A DNA stretch of 63,553 nucleotides, counting the filler, from Basidiobolus ranarum (Eukaryota): assembly GCA_040143965.1 (NCBI GenBank). It is 49 parts of 49 records of this genome, joined end to end, with 100 filler letters (N's around TTAATTAATTAA, not from the genome) between each part and the next. Parts side by side here need not be neighbours in the genome. Positions count along the whole stretch, not along the records: positions 50,722 to 51,915 come from JASJQH010012928.1; positions 52,016 to 53,209 come from JASJQH010012929.1; positions 53,310 to 54,503 come from JASJQH010012930.1; positions 54,604 to 55,797 come from JASJQH010012931.1; positions 55,898 to 57,090 come from JASJQH010012932.1; positions 57,191 to 58,383 come from JASJQH010012933.1; positions 58,484 to 59,676 come from JASJQH010012934.1; positions 59,777 to 60,969 come from JASJQH010012935.1; 41 more parts are not named here. One strand, written 5' to 3'. Numbering within the stretch: the stretch's first letter is position 1; each line of letters opens with the position of its first letter. The notes under the pieces were generated by a model. It saw only the letters and a list, made by a program, of their open reading frames with translations. It did no database searches and was not told the origin of the DNA. This document shows positions 50,622-62,361 of this stretch, one piece after another. The position numbers were made by a program, and so were the translations under genes.

Positions 50622-51357
50622 NNNNNNNNNNNNNNNNNNNNNNNNNNNNNNNNNNNNNNNNNNNNTTAATTAATTAANNNNNNNNNNNNNNNNNNNNNNN
50701 NNNNNNNNNNNNNNNNNNNNNCTGGATTTTAGGAGTACTTTGCACGATCCACTGAGAATCGCGATTATCTAATACATTTGACCAGGAGAATTGATTTCGA
50801 TTTGATTCAATTCAACTAAATACTGGCATACTTGGCTTTCAACGATGATTGTGACAAATGAATAGAACAGATTGATTGATAATTGTTTCGGTTCATCATC
50901 TTACTCTTTGGTAGTGCATTCCCTCGGTTGGTGGTAACTCCTTTTTCATGAGGAGTGGATGATTACAATTCTTTTTAGAATACTATTTATATATCCATCA
51001 CATTCATTCACTAGTGCGCTTCACCCTCGGAATTACTATTCCTAATGTACAATTATCTTCTTAAATTCCATCTCGAAAGTACCAAGCATTAGGGCTTTTA
51101 ATGGTTGAATTATGGTATATTTTCAATATTAGATAAAATGGTTCAGATAGAGTTTGGTTCAATCATAGAAAAGTAATCTATAAAATACTCCACTATCTCA
51201 TCCATTCCCAATACAATCCATATTATTTTTTATATGGACCAGTTTTTGTCCAATCATGCCATATTCTCCACCATATGCAAACTCACATTAACTCTGTAAC
51301 TTTGCGTGATTAATTAGCCACTTCTAGGATAATTAGAGGTGATGAAAAAGATGTACT

Positions 51358-51706
51358 TGTTAGAGTATTCTGGGAGCCAGTTGGAAGTGGTTTGGAGAAC
51401 TAGAACAATTGGTGGTTTTCACTTATTGATTTATTGAGTATGCAGTTGACATTAATAGTCTTGTCAAGATGTAAGTAAACTAACGTGTAGAATGTGTTAA
51501 GAAAGGTCCCAGGAACATATGTACAAAGTTTGGGGCTTTTAGCACAAGTTATCAAAATCTATATATCTGAGAACTTCTAAGTTGGTGTCAATATTCTAAG
51601 TAAATTCCGATTGAGAACAATGGGTGATATCTTGGTGAAATATAAGATAACTAAATATTAAGCTATATATGACTATATAGGTGTTTAGGCATTGCAAATT
51701 TCAACA
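51358..51706 (-). repeat. Solo LTR A (349 bp)
   Basis: Full-length TG...CA with neither PBS nor PPT flanking; flanks GTACT/GTTTT match only 3 of 5. Confidence 0.82.
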
Positions 51707-52336
51707 GTTTTAGGAGGATATGTTCAAGTGAATGTTGATTAAAATTCGGCTTAACTTACTGCTTAACCAAGAATCATGTAGGAACTTCAAATGAATGGTA
51801 TATTTAATATTCAGTAAACATATATTATGATTGTAAAATAAGATTCATTTCTAGGGAATAAATTCAACAAAAAATAGGCAACATTTAGGTCATGGAATGA
51901 ATAAACTATCTAAATNNNNNNNNNNNNNNNNNNNNNNNNNNNNNNNNNNNNNNNNNNNNTTAATTAATTAANNNNNNNNNNNNNNNNNNNNNNNNNNNNN
52001 NNNNNNNNNNNNNNNGGGTACGGTTAATAATTCACTGCACCTGAAGCTACACGATCACACAATGTGAGCGATTTCCAAAGACAACAGGGTGAGCAGCGAA
52101 CTTTGAACCGGCTACCCCAGTAGAGAACCTTCTTCGGGATCCCAGCAAGTCAAAGACTGGATAACGGAGATGTCGGATAATGACTCCAGAGTGTAGTGGA
52201 TGTTTGTATACTGAGCTACAGATTGAAAGACAGCTTATATAAGGTATTTTTGCCTGATAGTTACACCAAGAACACATTAACATTGTACCAATTTTTACTG
52301 TGGCACCATTGAATCAATATACAACATCGGGATTGA

Positions 52337-52414
52337 TATCAAGATTAAACTGGTATTGTCTATACTGGAGTGAATGTATCAAGATCGAACTGGTATTGTC
52401 GATATTGGAGTGAA
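52337..52414 (+). repeat. Two imperfect tandem copies, 40-bp period
   Basis: TATCAAGATxxAACTGGTATTGTCxATAxTGGAGTGAA at 52337 and 52377. Confidence 0.85.
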
Positions 52415-53309
52415 ATATTGATTGTATCGAGTTTAAGTAGATAGAGATAAGCCCGTTTGAGAATTAGCAACTGGATTTCCCCCAATGGTTACGGATACAG
52501 CCAAACTAAGAATATTGTTGAAACGCGTTCTCTGATAATAGAGCTCCATACCTCGCCTGAATTAGGCTGAAAGGTAAATTCCAATTGAAAATATTTCCTT
52601 AGACCGCATGAGACCAAATCAGGAAGAAATTTGTCTCATCTTAACTCTAGTTAAAGTTATAAACGACCCTGTGAACCAGAGTACCTCCTCCTTTTAGTAC
52701 TATTGGGGTTAACATAATAAGATTAGAGCACTATCCACATTGGGTTACTGGTATGGAGCTCTTACATATTCCCCACCAACAATCAGAAGCCTACGCTTAC
52801 CCAATCGGTTTTGTGTTGGAACCTACAGCAAGAATAGCACCGACATATCATTCCGTATAAGTGATAGTAGTATCGACAATTACAATAGATCACTTCAAAA
52901 CATAGATAAACTTTATCAACTATTCCTTTATTCAGAATAGAATTACGGTTGCACTGCTTAATGGCCTATGAAAACCGAATTAACCGAAACAGAAAGGTCC
53001 AGCAGTAGCGTGACTACTCCATGAAACTATATCCAAACTATATCGGCTGCAGAACGTATTGCATTTCCACAGACATCAAACTGAATCAATAATACTCGGT
53101 TGAAGAGCTTTCCTTGAAGAGCCAGGAACCCTAAGATCCGGTAATAGAGATACTTGAGGAGCGTAGTGGATGTTTGTATAATCCTTCACCAAGTAGAAGG
53201 TGGCCTTTANNNNNNNNNNNNNNNNNNNNNNNNNNNNNNNNNNNNNNNNNNNNTTAATTAATTAANNNNNNNNNNNNNNNNNNNNNNNNNNNNNNNNNNN
53301 NNNNNNNNN

Positions 53310-54503
53310 CTCATTTTACTCCCACAGATGTTCTTAACACAACCCCAGTGTTAGTTTTCTGTATTTCCACCAAAAAGTATAAATGTTTATTTCTGGACAA
53401 TAAACAATTATCTCACAAAGCTATTCACAACTCCACTTTTCTAAAGTTCCTCCAAACAGCCTATATTTTCCCAATAAGAGCAAGTGATGGCAGCTCTTAC
53501 ATTCAGAGTCTTTTGGTTTGCCAGTTCTGGTATGAGATCTCTACTTTCATTTGCCCAAGCAATTTTGGGTTGTTGTGTATGTTTAATGATCCAACACATA
53601 TTCTGCTCTGCTAGATTATCATGGAGACATTCATATATATGGTGTGGGATTGATTGAAATGCCCTATGGGAGTGGATAGAGGGTGCAGCATTTTGCTGTA
53701 GCTCAAGTACAGCATTCTGAAGGTCTTGTATCCTTGTTGAGAGACTCTCTAACTGTTGAATAGTTGCTTCCAAATGATGCATTAATTGCAATATTGCGGT
53801 ATTATTGCTTGTCATGGCCAGTATAGCAGCTTTGTAGTTTTTACTTTTGATCACATACAAATCATTAGAGTGTTCTGCCTACAATTCCCTTGTTGTACAT
53901 ATTCTATCCAAACTTTCTGCAGAGAGTAGTTCAATATTAGGCAAAGTAGATATTTTTGAAGTTGATGGTCTTAATGGTGTTTCTGCTGAACTCTGCTCAC
54001 CTATTGATTTACTACATAAATGAGGGATTACAATATCTTCACTGGCACCATTGCTACAAAGGGCCACATCTGGTAAATTGATCAATGCATCATCATTATT
54101 TGAGTTAGTTTCAGGCATGTTAATACCTTCTGAAGTGGATAGTCGATTGCTAGACTGATCATCAGTGAAGTCCTCTGTTCTTGCTGTTTTATTCCTTTTG
54201 TTCTAGCAGGCTTTTGCTTGGAAGCCAATTTTGATATTGATTTTGATTTTGAATGCTTCTTAAATGACATCAAGATTTTCAGATGGTAAACTTGGTGTGG
54301 TGAAATTGCTTAGAAATTGTTAAAGTATTTGGGAGCCTGTTGGAAGTGGTTTGGAGAATTAGAAGAATTGGTGGTTTTCACTTATTGATTTATTGAGTAG
54401 AAAGTTAACATTTATAGTTTTTTCAAGATGTAAACAAAATAACATGTAGCATATGTTAAGGAAGGTCCCAGGAACATGTGTGGAAAGTTTGGGGCTTCTA
54501 GCA
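53310..54503. mobile_element. CMC ORF2 (minus, 53477-54317) between an LTR B 3' end (to 53476, ends TA) and an LTR A 3' end (from 54318)
   Basis: ORFs 53441..53860, 53879..54118, 54082..54273; sharp LTR junctions. Confidence 0.84.
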
Positions 54504-54603
54504 NNNNNNNNNNNNNNNNNNNNNNNNNNNNNNNNNNNNNNNNNNNNTTAATTAATTAANNNNNNNNNNNNNNNNNNNNNNNNNNNNNNNNNNNNNNNNN
54601 NNN

Positions 54604-55797
54604 CTAAGATAAGGAGCCTATTTCCGGTTGTTTTGATGTAAATACTGTGATCTGCTGTGCATTTTTGGATTCTAGAGATTCCAAATAGGTATCTATCTTG
54701 TTGTACCATGCCCTGGGTGCTTGCTTGAGTCCATAGAGTGATTTTTGCAGTTTACAGACCATATCAGCGTGTTTTGAGTCAATAAATCCATCTGGTTGCT
54801 CCATATAGATCTCTTCTTCAGGATTTCCATTCAGAAAGCCTGTTTTTACATCCATTTGATGTAGATCAAGGTTATGGATGGCTGAGAGTGCCAGGATTGA
54901 TCTGATGGAGCTAAACTTAGCTACTGGGGCAAAAGTTTCATTTAAATCAACTCCTGGAGTCTGGGAATAGCCTTTTGCAACTAATCTTGCTTTGTACCTT
55001 TCTGTAGTTCAATCAGCTTGGTTTTTGACTTTTTAGATCCATTTGCAACCTATTGGCTATCTCTCCAATAGAGCAGGACTTAAAACCCACGTTTTATTTT
55101 CCTGAAGTAAAGAAAACTCATTCAACGTTGCTTTTTCCCATAATTTTTATTCTTGACACTCCAAAGCCTGATCTAGAGTCTGTGGCTTGTCACAGAATGC
55201 TGCATCAGCGTATACATCATCATTGGAAGTGTTCCACCAGTTTGCTTGCTTATTTCTCCTTCTGGATGATCTTCTGGGTCCTGAATCATCCTTTGATGTA
55301 ATTGGGACTGATGTTTTGGTTGAATAGGGCTCAGATACAGCTGGAATTTTGTCAGGCACTCCCTGATTAGGGCTGATTGTGTTTTCTGGGTCAAGAACTG
55401 TGATTTGAGGTGAAAATTCGTTTCTTTGTCAAAAATCACATCTCTGCACTTGAATAACTTCTGATTTTTGGTATCAAACAGTCTGTAGGCCTTGAATCCA
55501 TCACAGTAACCAAGAAATATGCATTTTCTGCTGTTGTGTTCCAATTTTGAGCATTATTGAGCTGGAATTAGGCAATATGCTGTGCAACCAAAGTTCCTGA
55601 GATGATCCACACTTGGTTTTGATCCATATAGAGCTTCAAATGGAGTAGAATTTTGTAGCAATCTTGTTGGGCATCTATTTTGATATAGACTGCAGCAGAG
55701 ACAGATTCAGCCCAATATTGGCAATCTAACTTTTGATCATTTAACATTGATCTTGCCATCTCCACTATGGTCCTATTAGCACATTCTGCAACTCCAT
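54604..55797 (-). mobile_element. Copia integrase C-terminus to RT (frameshifted)
   Basis: YWAESVSAAVY, KCIFLGYCDGFKAYRL, MDVKTGFLNG, LYGLKQAPRAWY. Confidence 0.93.
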
Positions 55798-55897
55798 NNN
55801 NNNNNNNNNNNNNNNNNNNNNNNNNNNNNNNNNNNNNNNNNTTAATTAATTAANNNNNNNNNNNNNNNNNNNNNNNNNNNNNNNNNNNNNNNNNNNN

Positions 55898-56285
55898 ACT
55901 ATCACAGATCAGAATAAGCCTAATTAGTTACTGGGATCAAAACTCAAAACTTATACAAGCTAGAAATCAACAAATTGCATTCTGAGCATGCAAACTTGGC
56001 CAAAACCAGTGAAATCAGCTGTCAAACAGGGCATAGAATATTAGGCCATGTTGGGGAACAAAAGCTGACCCAAATGGTCCAAAATCAGCTTGTTTCAGGC
56101 TTAAAAATTGGAAATATCACTAAATTGTATCTGTGTGAAGGTTGCATATATGGAAAACATCACAGACAGCCATTTTCAAGCTATGGAGAGATCAAATCCA
56201 GTCAGAATTTTGGCCTGATTCATTGTGACCTATATGGGCCTATGCATAACATCTCACTATATGGGAAAAGGTACTTTATGACCTT
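55898..56285 (+). mobile_element. Copia GAG-pre-integrase/integrase start, interrupted by an unknown insertion
   Basis: HRILGH, CEGCIYGKHHR, IHCDLYGP, KRYFMTF then abrupt loss of similarity. Confidence 0.88.
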
Positions 56286-57190
56286 TAGACTTGTTCCATT
56301 GGACCAGGTCAGATTGTGCTGCTTGATCCAGCCTGCTAGTACACCATCTGGCACAATCTGTCAATTACCATGGCTGGGTCCTATAACACTTGATTGGACA
56401 CTATAAGGAACAATATGGCACTATCCCACCACAATCGGACACAATGATTTTTTTGGAGATATTGTGCCAGCCCGTACCAAGTTACCCAATTTAGTATTGC
56501 CAAATTACAATTTTGGGTAACTGACAAAGTAAGTTCATCCCCTAGTTTGTAACTTACGAATTACTGAATGTGTAACAATAAACAATTTATACAGTAACTT
56601 ACCCAATCAAATGTATACCCAAGACATTCACATGTTTTTAGGCCAATTGTTTGTCCCTTGTTAACACAGTATCCTGATTTTCAATTGGGCACAACAGCTC
56701 CAGCATTACAAAACACCACTAGTTTTGGCACACCGGTGACAAATCACAACACTTGATGATGGATCCATCTGCAGTATGATAGTAGTGATCAGGATTGCCT
56801 GATTCATCATTTTTAGATCAGCAAATTATTTATTCAATCATGTAAGCTTCTAATTGGGTGAAAATGTGAACAGATTGAGCCATATTGAGCCAATATGGCT
56901 GCTCAAGCTTTTTATTGACAGACATTTTTCATTTGATTGTAGTGAAATTGCTTGTATTAATAGGCTATCATTGATTTTTTGATATATGACAATTTCACAC
57001 TATCAGTGTTTCATAAACACATAGGCAATTGTGATCTAACTAAAGCAATTTATGCTATATTTAACTGCAATCCATATCAATTTTGCATGANNNNNNNNNN
57101 NNNNNNNNNNNNNNNNNNNNNNNNNNNNNNNNNNTTAATTAATTAANNNNNNNNNNNNNNNNNNNNNNNNNNNNNNNNNNNNNNNNNNNN

Positions 57191-57387
57191 CATGCTAGAA
57201 GTAAGCATGTTGGCATTCAACATCACTTTGTTAGGGAAGCTATTAAGAATAAGCATGTCCAATTACAGTACTGTCCAACTGAGGACATGCTTGCTGACAT
57301 CCTTACCAAACCATTACCCAAGCCAAAATTTGAAGAATTAATATTTAAGTTAGGAATAAGATATATGAATCTTTAGTTGAGTAGGAG
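57191..57387 (+). mobile_element. Copia family B RNase H end and PPT
   Basis: HHFVRE, MLADILTKPLPKPKF; TTGAGTAGGAG. Confidence 0.9.
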
Positions 57388-57765
57388 TGTTGAAGTTCAT
57401 TGTCTTTATCTTATTTGTTATCTCTATCTTTATACACCTAACTATTTCATATAACATATATAAGTTAATTAACATTACTTAGTCTAATATCACTTAACTG
57501 ATAATTGGAACAAGTGTTGAATATATATGTGAATAATTTGAGAATTATCAAATCCATATTGGAAATTTCAAACTCCTCCAAATTGCACAAAAGATAGCTC
57601 ATTTTACTCCCACAGATGTTCTGAACACAACCTCAGTGTTAGTTTTTTGTATTTTCACAAAAATGTATACATGCTTTATTTCTGAACAATTAATACTTAT
57701 CCCACAAAGCTATTCACAACTCCACTTTTCTAAAGTTCCTCCAAACAGCCCATATTTTCTCAATA
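57388..57765 (+). repeat. Copia family B complete 3' LTR (378 bp), TG...TA
   Basis: TGTTGAAG...CTCAATA, followed by CMC transposase sequence. Confidence 0.9.
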
Positions 57766-58383
57766 GATTTTACCATCAAGAGCATAGTCAGATTTTAACT
57801 TGAGCACTGATATAATTTGCCAAATAGTCAGTCTAACATCAAACTTGGTGTCAGCCATAAGCCTAAGATTATATTTTTGAAGGGGATTAGCTGAAGCCAG
57901 AGCTTCCTATTAGGCACTATGCACTTACTATTGAACAACATTCCAATACTACTACTCAGCTATATAGTGGAAGATTCAATATGAATAAGCCATTTAAGAT
58001 AGGATCAAAGTTTGAATCAATTGGGAGAATGCTTGAAAACATCAAAATACCATCTTATTTTACCAGGACTCCTATTAATATCCACTCATCTAGGCATTTA
58101 TGAAAGTGCAAAGACTGGAAGTATTAGATTTGTGAATTTTCAAGTGGAATCTTGAAGAGATTTCTGCCTGATAAGTATTGGCAACATTGGGAGTTGCTTG
58201 TGAATATTGTTAATATATTCTTATAACATCAACTCACATTGGCAGATCTTAGGCAGATATAGCAACTGTGTGAAGATTTTGTAATTGGATATGAAAAACT
58301 TTATTACAGGTTTAAAGAAGATAGACTGAATCTATGCCAGTATTCAATACATTCCCTGCTGCATCTTTCACAATACTTAGAGA
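57766..58383 (+). mobile_element. CMC transposase pseudogene fragment
   Basis: LGTMHLL, CKDWKY, YEKLYYRFKEDRLNLCQYSIHSLLHL. Confidence 0.86.
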
Positions 58384-58483
58384 NNNNNNNNNNNNNNNNN
58401 NNNNNNNNNNNNNNNNNNNNNNNNNNNTTAATTAATTAANNNNNNNNNNNNNNNNNNNNNNNNNNNNNNNNNNNNNNNNNNNN

Positions 58484-59466
58484 CACTATAGAGAAAGGTA
58501 TATCCTATGATAGATCTTCTGTCCTCAATATCATGTCCCAATCTGCATCACTAAGCCCAATTAGATCCTTATTCTCATAAGAATATGTGTATCTTTATCC
58601 CATATCAATTGTCCCCTTTAAACATCTGAAAATCCGCTTAACTGCTGCATAATGCTCAGATCCTGGGTTTGCACATGTTAGCTGACTACTCCCACTGCAA
58701 AAGAGATATCTGGTTGGGTTCCAGTCATAGCATAGATCAAGCTACCTACCATAGATTGATAAGGGAACTCAGGACTTTCTAATGACATATTTTGAGCCAT
58801 ATTTGGCTGATTTTTATCATTTTTGATTGGATTTTTGACTAGTTTCACACCAGGATCCATGGGAGTTGCTACTGGCTTGCAATTCTCCATCATGTAACGT
58901 CTGAGAATGTCTGAGATGTATTTAGATTGATTCAGAGAGATAGATTTACTAAATATATCTGTATGGAACTGTGGACCTAAAGAATACATAAGTTCACCTA
59001 AATTGGTCATCTTGAATTGGACTGTAGATCTCTTTTAATGTTCCTGAGAGCTTCATCATTAATGGTAGCTATAATTAGATCATTTTACATATAAGGCAAG
59101 TATCACCTTACTGTCCATATCTGTCTTAAAGTAGATCCCAAAATCCACCATACTCTTTGGAAATCAAGTGATTCCAAGTATGAGTCTATCTTAGTGTACT
59201 AGGCCCTGGGTGATTGTTTAAGTCCATACAGTGATTTTTGTAGCTTATACATGTCCTCAGGGTACTCAGGATCCACAAAGGCATCTGGTTGATCCATGAA
59301 TATATCCTCTTCCAAGTCCCCATTCAAAAAGCAGTTTTAACATCCATTTGATGGATTTTTAAGCTGTGTTTTGCTGCTAGTGCTAATATGATTCTGAAGG
59401 AGTTAACCTTTGCTACAGGAGCAAAAGTTTCATTGTAGTCCACTCCTTCCATTTGAGAGTATCTTT
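58484..59466 (-). mobile_element. Copia family B RT pseudogene interrupted by LTR B (59467-59676, plus)
   Basis: HQMDVKTAF, PYQSMVGSLIYAM. Confidence 0.92.
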
Positions 59467-59776
59467 TGTTGAAGTTTATTGTCTTTATCATATATGTTAT
59501 CCCTATCTTTATACACCTAACTATTTCATATATCACATATTAGTTAGTCAACATTATTTAGTCAAATATCACTTAGCTGCAAATCGGAACATATATTTTA
59601 TATATATGTGAATTATGTGAGAATTAGCAATTACATATTGGAAATTTCAAACTCGTCCAAATTGCCCCAAAGATAGNNNNNNNNNNNNNNNNNNNNNNNN
59701 NNNNNNNNNNNNNNNNNNNNTTAATTAATTAANNNNNNNNNNNNNNNNNNNNNNNNNNNNNNNNNNNNNNNNNNNN

Positions 59777-60969
59777 CCATCCACTCTCCACTTTGGAAGG
59801 CATTAACATCCCGGAAACTTACTCAAGTAATGATAAAGCATTAATCAATTTACCAGATGTGTTTCTTTCCAGCATTAGTGCAAGTGAGGAGATTGTAATC
59901 CCCCAATTACATAGTAAATCAATAGTTGAACTAAGTTCAACCAAAATACCATCAAGACCATCAACCTCCAAAATGTCTACTTTGCCTACTATTGAGCAAC
60001 CCTCTGCAGAAAATTTGGACAGAATTATTACAACAGGGGAATTGCAGGCAGAACAACATAATGATTTGTATGCAATCATAGGTAAAAACTACAAAGTTGC
60101 TATACTGGCCATGACAAGTAATAATGCTGCAATATTGCTATTAATGTAGTGTTTGGAAGCAACTAGTCAATAGTTAGAGATTTACTCAACAATGATACAA
60201 GATCTTCAGAATGCTGTACTTGAGCTACAGCAACATGCTGCTCCCTCCATCCATTCTTATATGGGATTTCAATTAATCCCACACCTTACATATGTACATC
60301 ACCATGACAATCAAGCAGAACAGAATATGTGTTGGACCATTAAGCCTACACAATAACCTGAAATTGCATGGGCAAATGAAAGAAGAAATCTCATAGGAAA
60401 GCCAGCAATTCAAAAGAATCTGAATATCAGAGCTGCTATCACTTGCTCTGATGATGAGTGTGTTGATATTTTGGAAACTGTGTGGAATTTTGCCCAAAAT
60501 CACCTGGATTTGAGCCAATTGTGATAAAATCAAAACCAGGCATTTTTCTGAAGGTTCTTGACTTATTGCATGTTTCTCATCCTGGGTTTTTGCAAGCAAA
60601 TTGCAATTGAGCTAGTATGGGCCAATTCATGAAACATCTCAAAATGTAAACAATTATCAACTTGGAAAAGAAAGAAAAGCATCAGAAGAAGTACTCAAGG
60701 TGCAGGAAGTTAGTAAGCCCAAGGTAAAAGTAAAGAAGCCAGTGAGTTTAGGCTCTACCATCCCACTTACCAAATTCTTCACACCATTACAAAGATCTAA
60801 ATTTTCACAGTCATTTATACTTGCAAAAAAGCTTCATTCCACCATGGAACCAGGTACACCAGCTGAAAGAGTGCTAAATTTGGAAGTTTATCCAACACCT
60901 GGCACCTCTCAACAAGCCAAAACACCAGCAAATAAGACTCATGGCTTTCCAACCTCAACTGGTACTTTT
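59777..60969 (+). mobile_element. CMC ORF2 pseudogene, central and C-terminal part
   Basis: Extends the ORF2 consensus into a Lys/Pro/Thr-rich tail (ORF 60700). Confidence 0.75.
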
Positions 60970-61070
60970 NNNNNNNNNNNNNNNNNNNNNNNNNNNNNNN
61001 NNNNNNNNNNNNNTTAATTAATTAANNNNNNNNNNNNNNNNNNNNNNNNNNNNNNNNNNNNNNNNNNNNA

Positions 61071-61121
61071 GAAGCTAAGGAGGAATCAGATGATGATAAG
61101 GGTTTCGGCCTCTTCGATTAA
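61071..61121 (+). CDS. Last 16 codons of a 60S acidic ribosomal P protein (P0/P1/P2 not distinguishable)
   Basis: EAKEESDDDKGFGLFD* versus the conserved EESDDDMGFGLFD; AATAAA at 61203-61208. Confidence 0.88.
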   Translation, partial: EAKEESDDDKGFGLFD

Positions 61122-62361
61122 AGGACTAACATACGATATGACCAACTTTCTTCGTATACCCTGCACTCTTTAAAATTTATATATACACTTATATATACAT
61201 ATAATAAACCTGTGTTTCAGAGTAATTTTTACATGTGAACTAAAGTCTGATCGATGGATGCTTAGATGCTTGACATAGGATTCATGCCATTCATCTGTTA
61301 ACTACAGAATTCAACATCCGATCATTTTGTTGGTTACAATTCACACTCAGTGAATTCCTAATTTTATGGATTCCCTATTGGACGTCGATTTTATTTTACA
61401 TTCAAATATATTTAACCATACAAAAAGTGACTCCACTCAATGATCTGCTACAATATTCATGTTACTATCCTGTTGCGTGCATTGTTGAGTGATATAGGAA
61501 AAAAATCGCCCATAGATAACACTTAGGGTTAGGTGTGTACGCTAAACTATATGTGGTAATTTATTAACGAATATATAAGTAAACCAAGGAAAACACATTC
61601 CTCTTATCCAGCTTTGTTATCGGGATAAAGTAGATATTGAAATTACCATAAATCTGGAGGTTATTTTTAGATGAGGCTTAGAATGTACCTGTATGGGACT
61701 GGAGTTTTGCTCGAAGTTTTACTTAGAATAGAATATCAAGCTAACCGTAGGAAATACCGGTTGATCAATGGGAAATTAAGGAGGTCATTTTCTTGATAAG
61801 TAGTTGATCTTCTTTAAATTATTCAGCTTTTCTTACTAATTTGATCAGTTTAAGTCTGTCTCGACTTAAGGCCATAATAACGTCAATCTTTTCAAATCCA
61901 ATTCGGCATATCGTGGAGCCAGTCAAATTTCGAGTCTCATTAAGGTGGCCATAAAGTAATCATTATCTTGCTAGATGTAAGGTTGAATCTTTTGAAAGTC
62001 TACCACTTGAAGTGCAATGGTTAAATTGGGTAAAAATGGACTCATTCTCGTCTAGCGCCTTGTTATGCAGTGTTACTGTAACAGCACTCAAACTATCCTT
62101 CTCTCCAATGAATCCCTCGAAAGTACACAATTTCTTGCCCTCTAGTAGCTCAAATCAAATCAAGAAAAGTGGACACCATATTTATATTCCTTGACCATAT
62201 CTGATATCGTTTACTCAATCTACATGTAGATTTGGGATCATCAGTCGGTGAGTTTCTTTATNNNNNNNNNNNNNNNNNNNNNNNNNNNNNNNNNNNNNNN
62301 NNNNNTTAATTAATTAANNNNNNNNNNNNNNNNNNNNNNNNNNNNNNNNNNNNNNNNNNNN

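Noticed and set aside
50722..51000. Possible spliced minus-strand gene start (MKKELPPTEG...)
   Set aside because: The obvious donor/acceptor pair gives immediate stops; unsupported.
51353..51711. Target-site duplication around the solo LTR A
   Set aside because: GTACT versus GTTTT match at only 3 of 5 positions; not claimed as a TSD.
1206..62361. Regularly spaced TTAATTAATTAA as a CRISPR-like or satellite array
   Set aside because: Always centred in N runs; it is an assembly linker. ORFs ending in X...LIN are artefacts of it.
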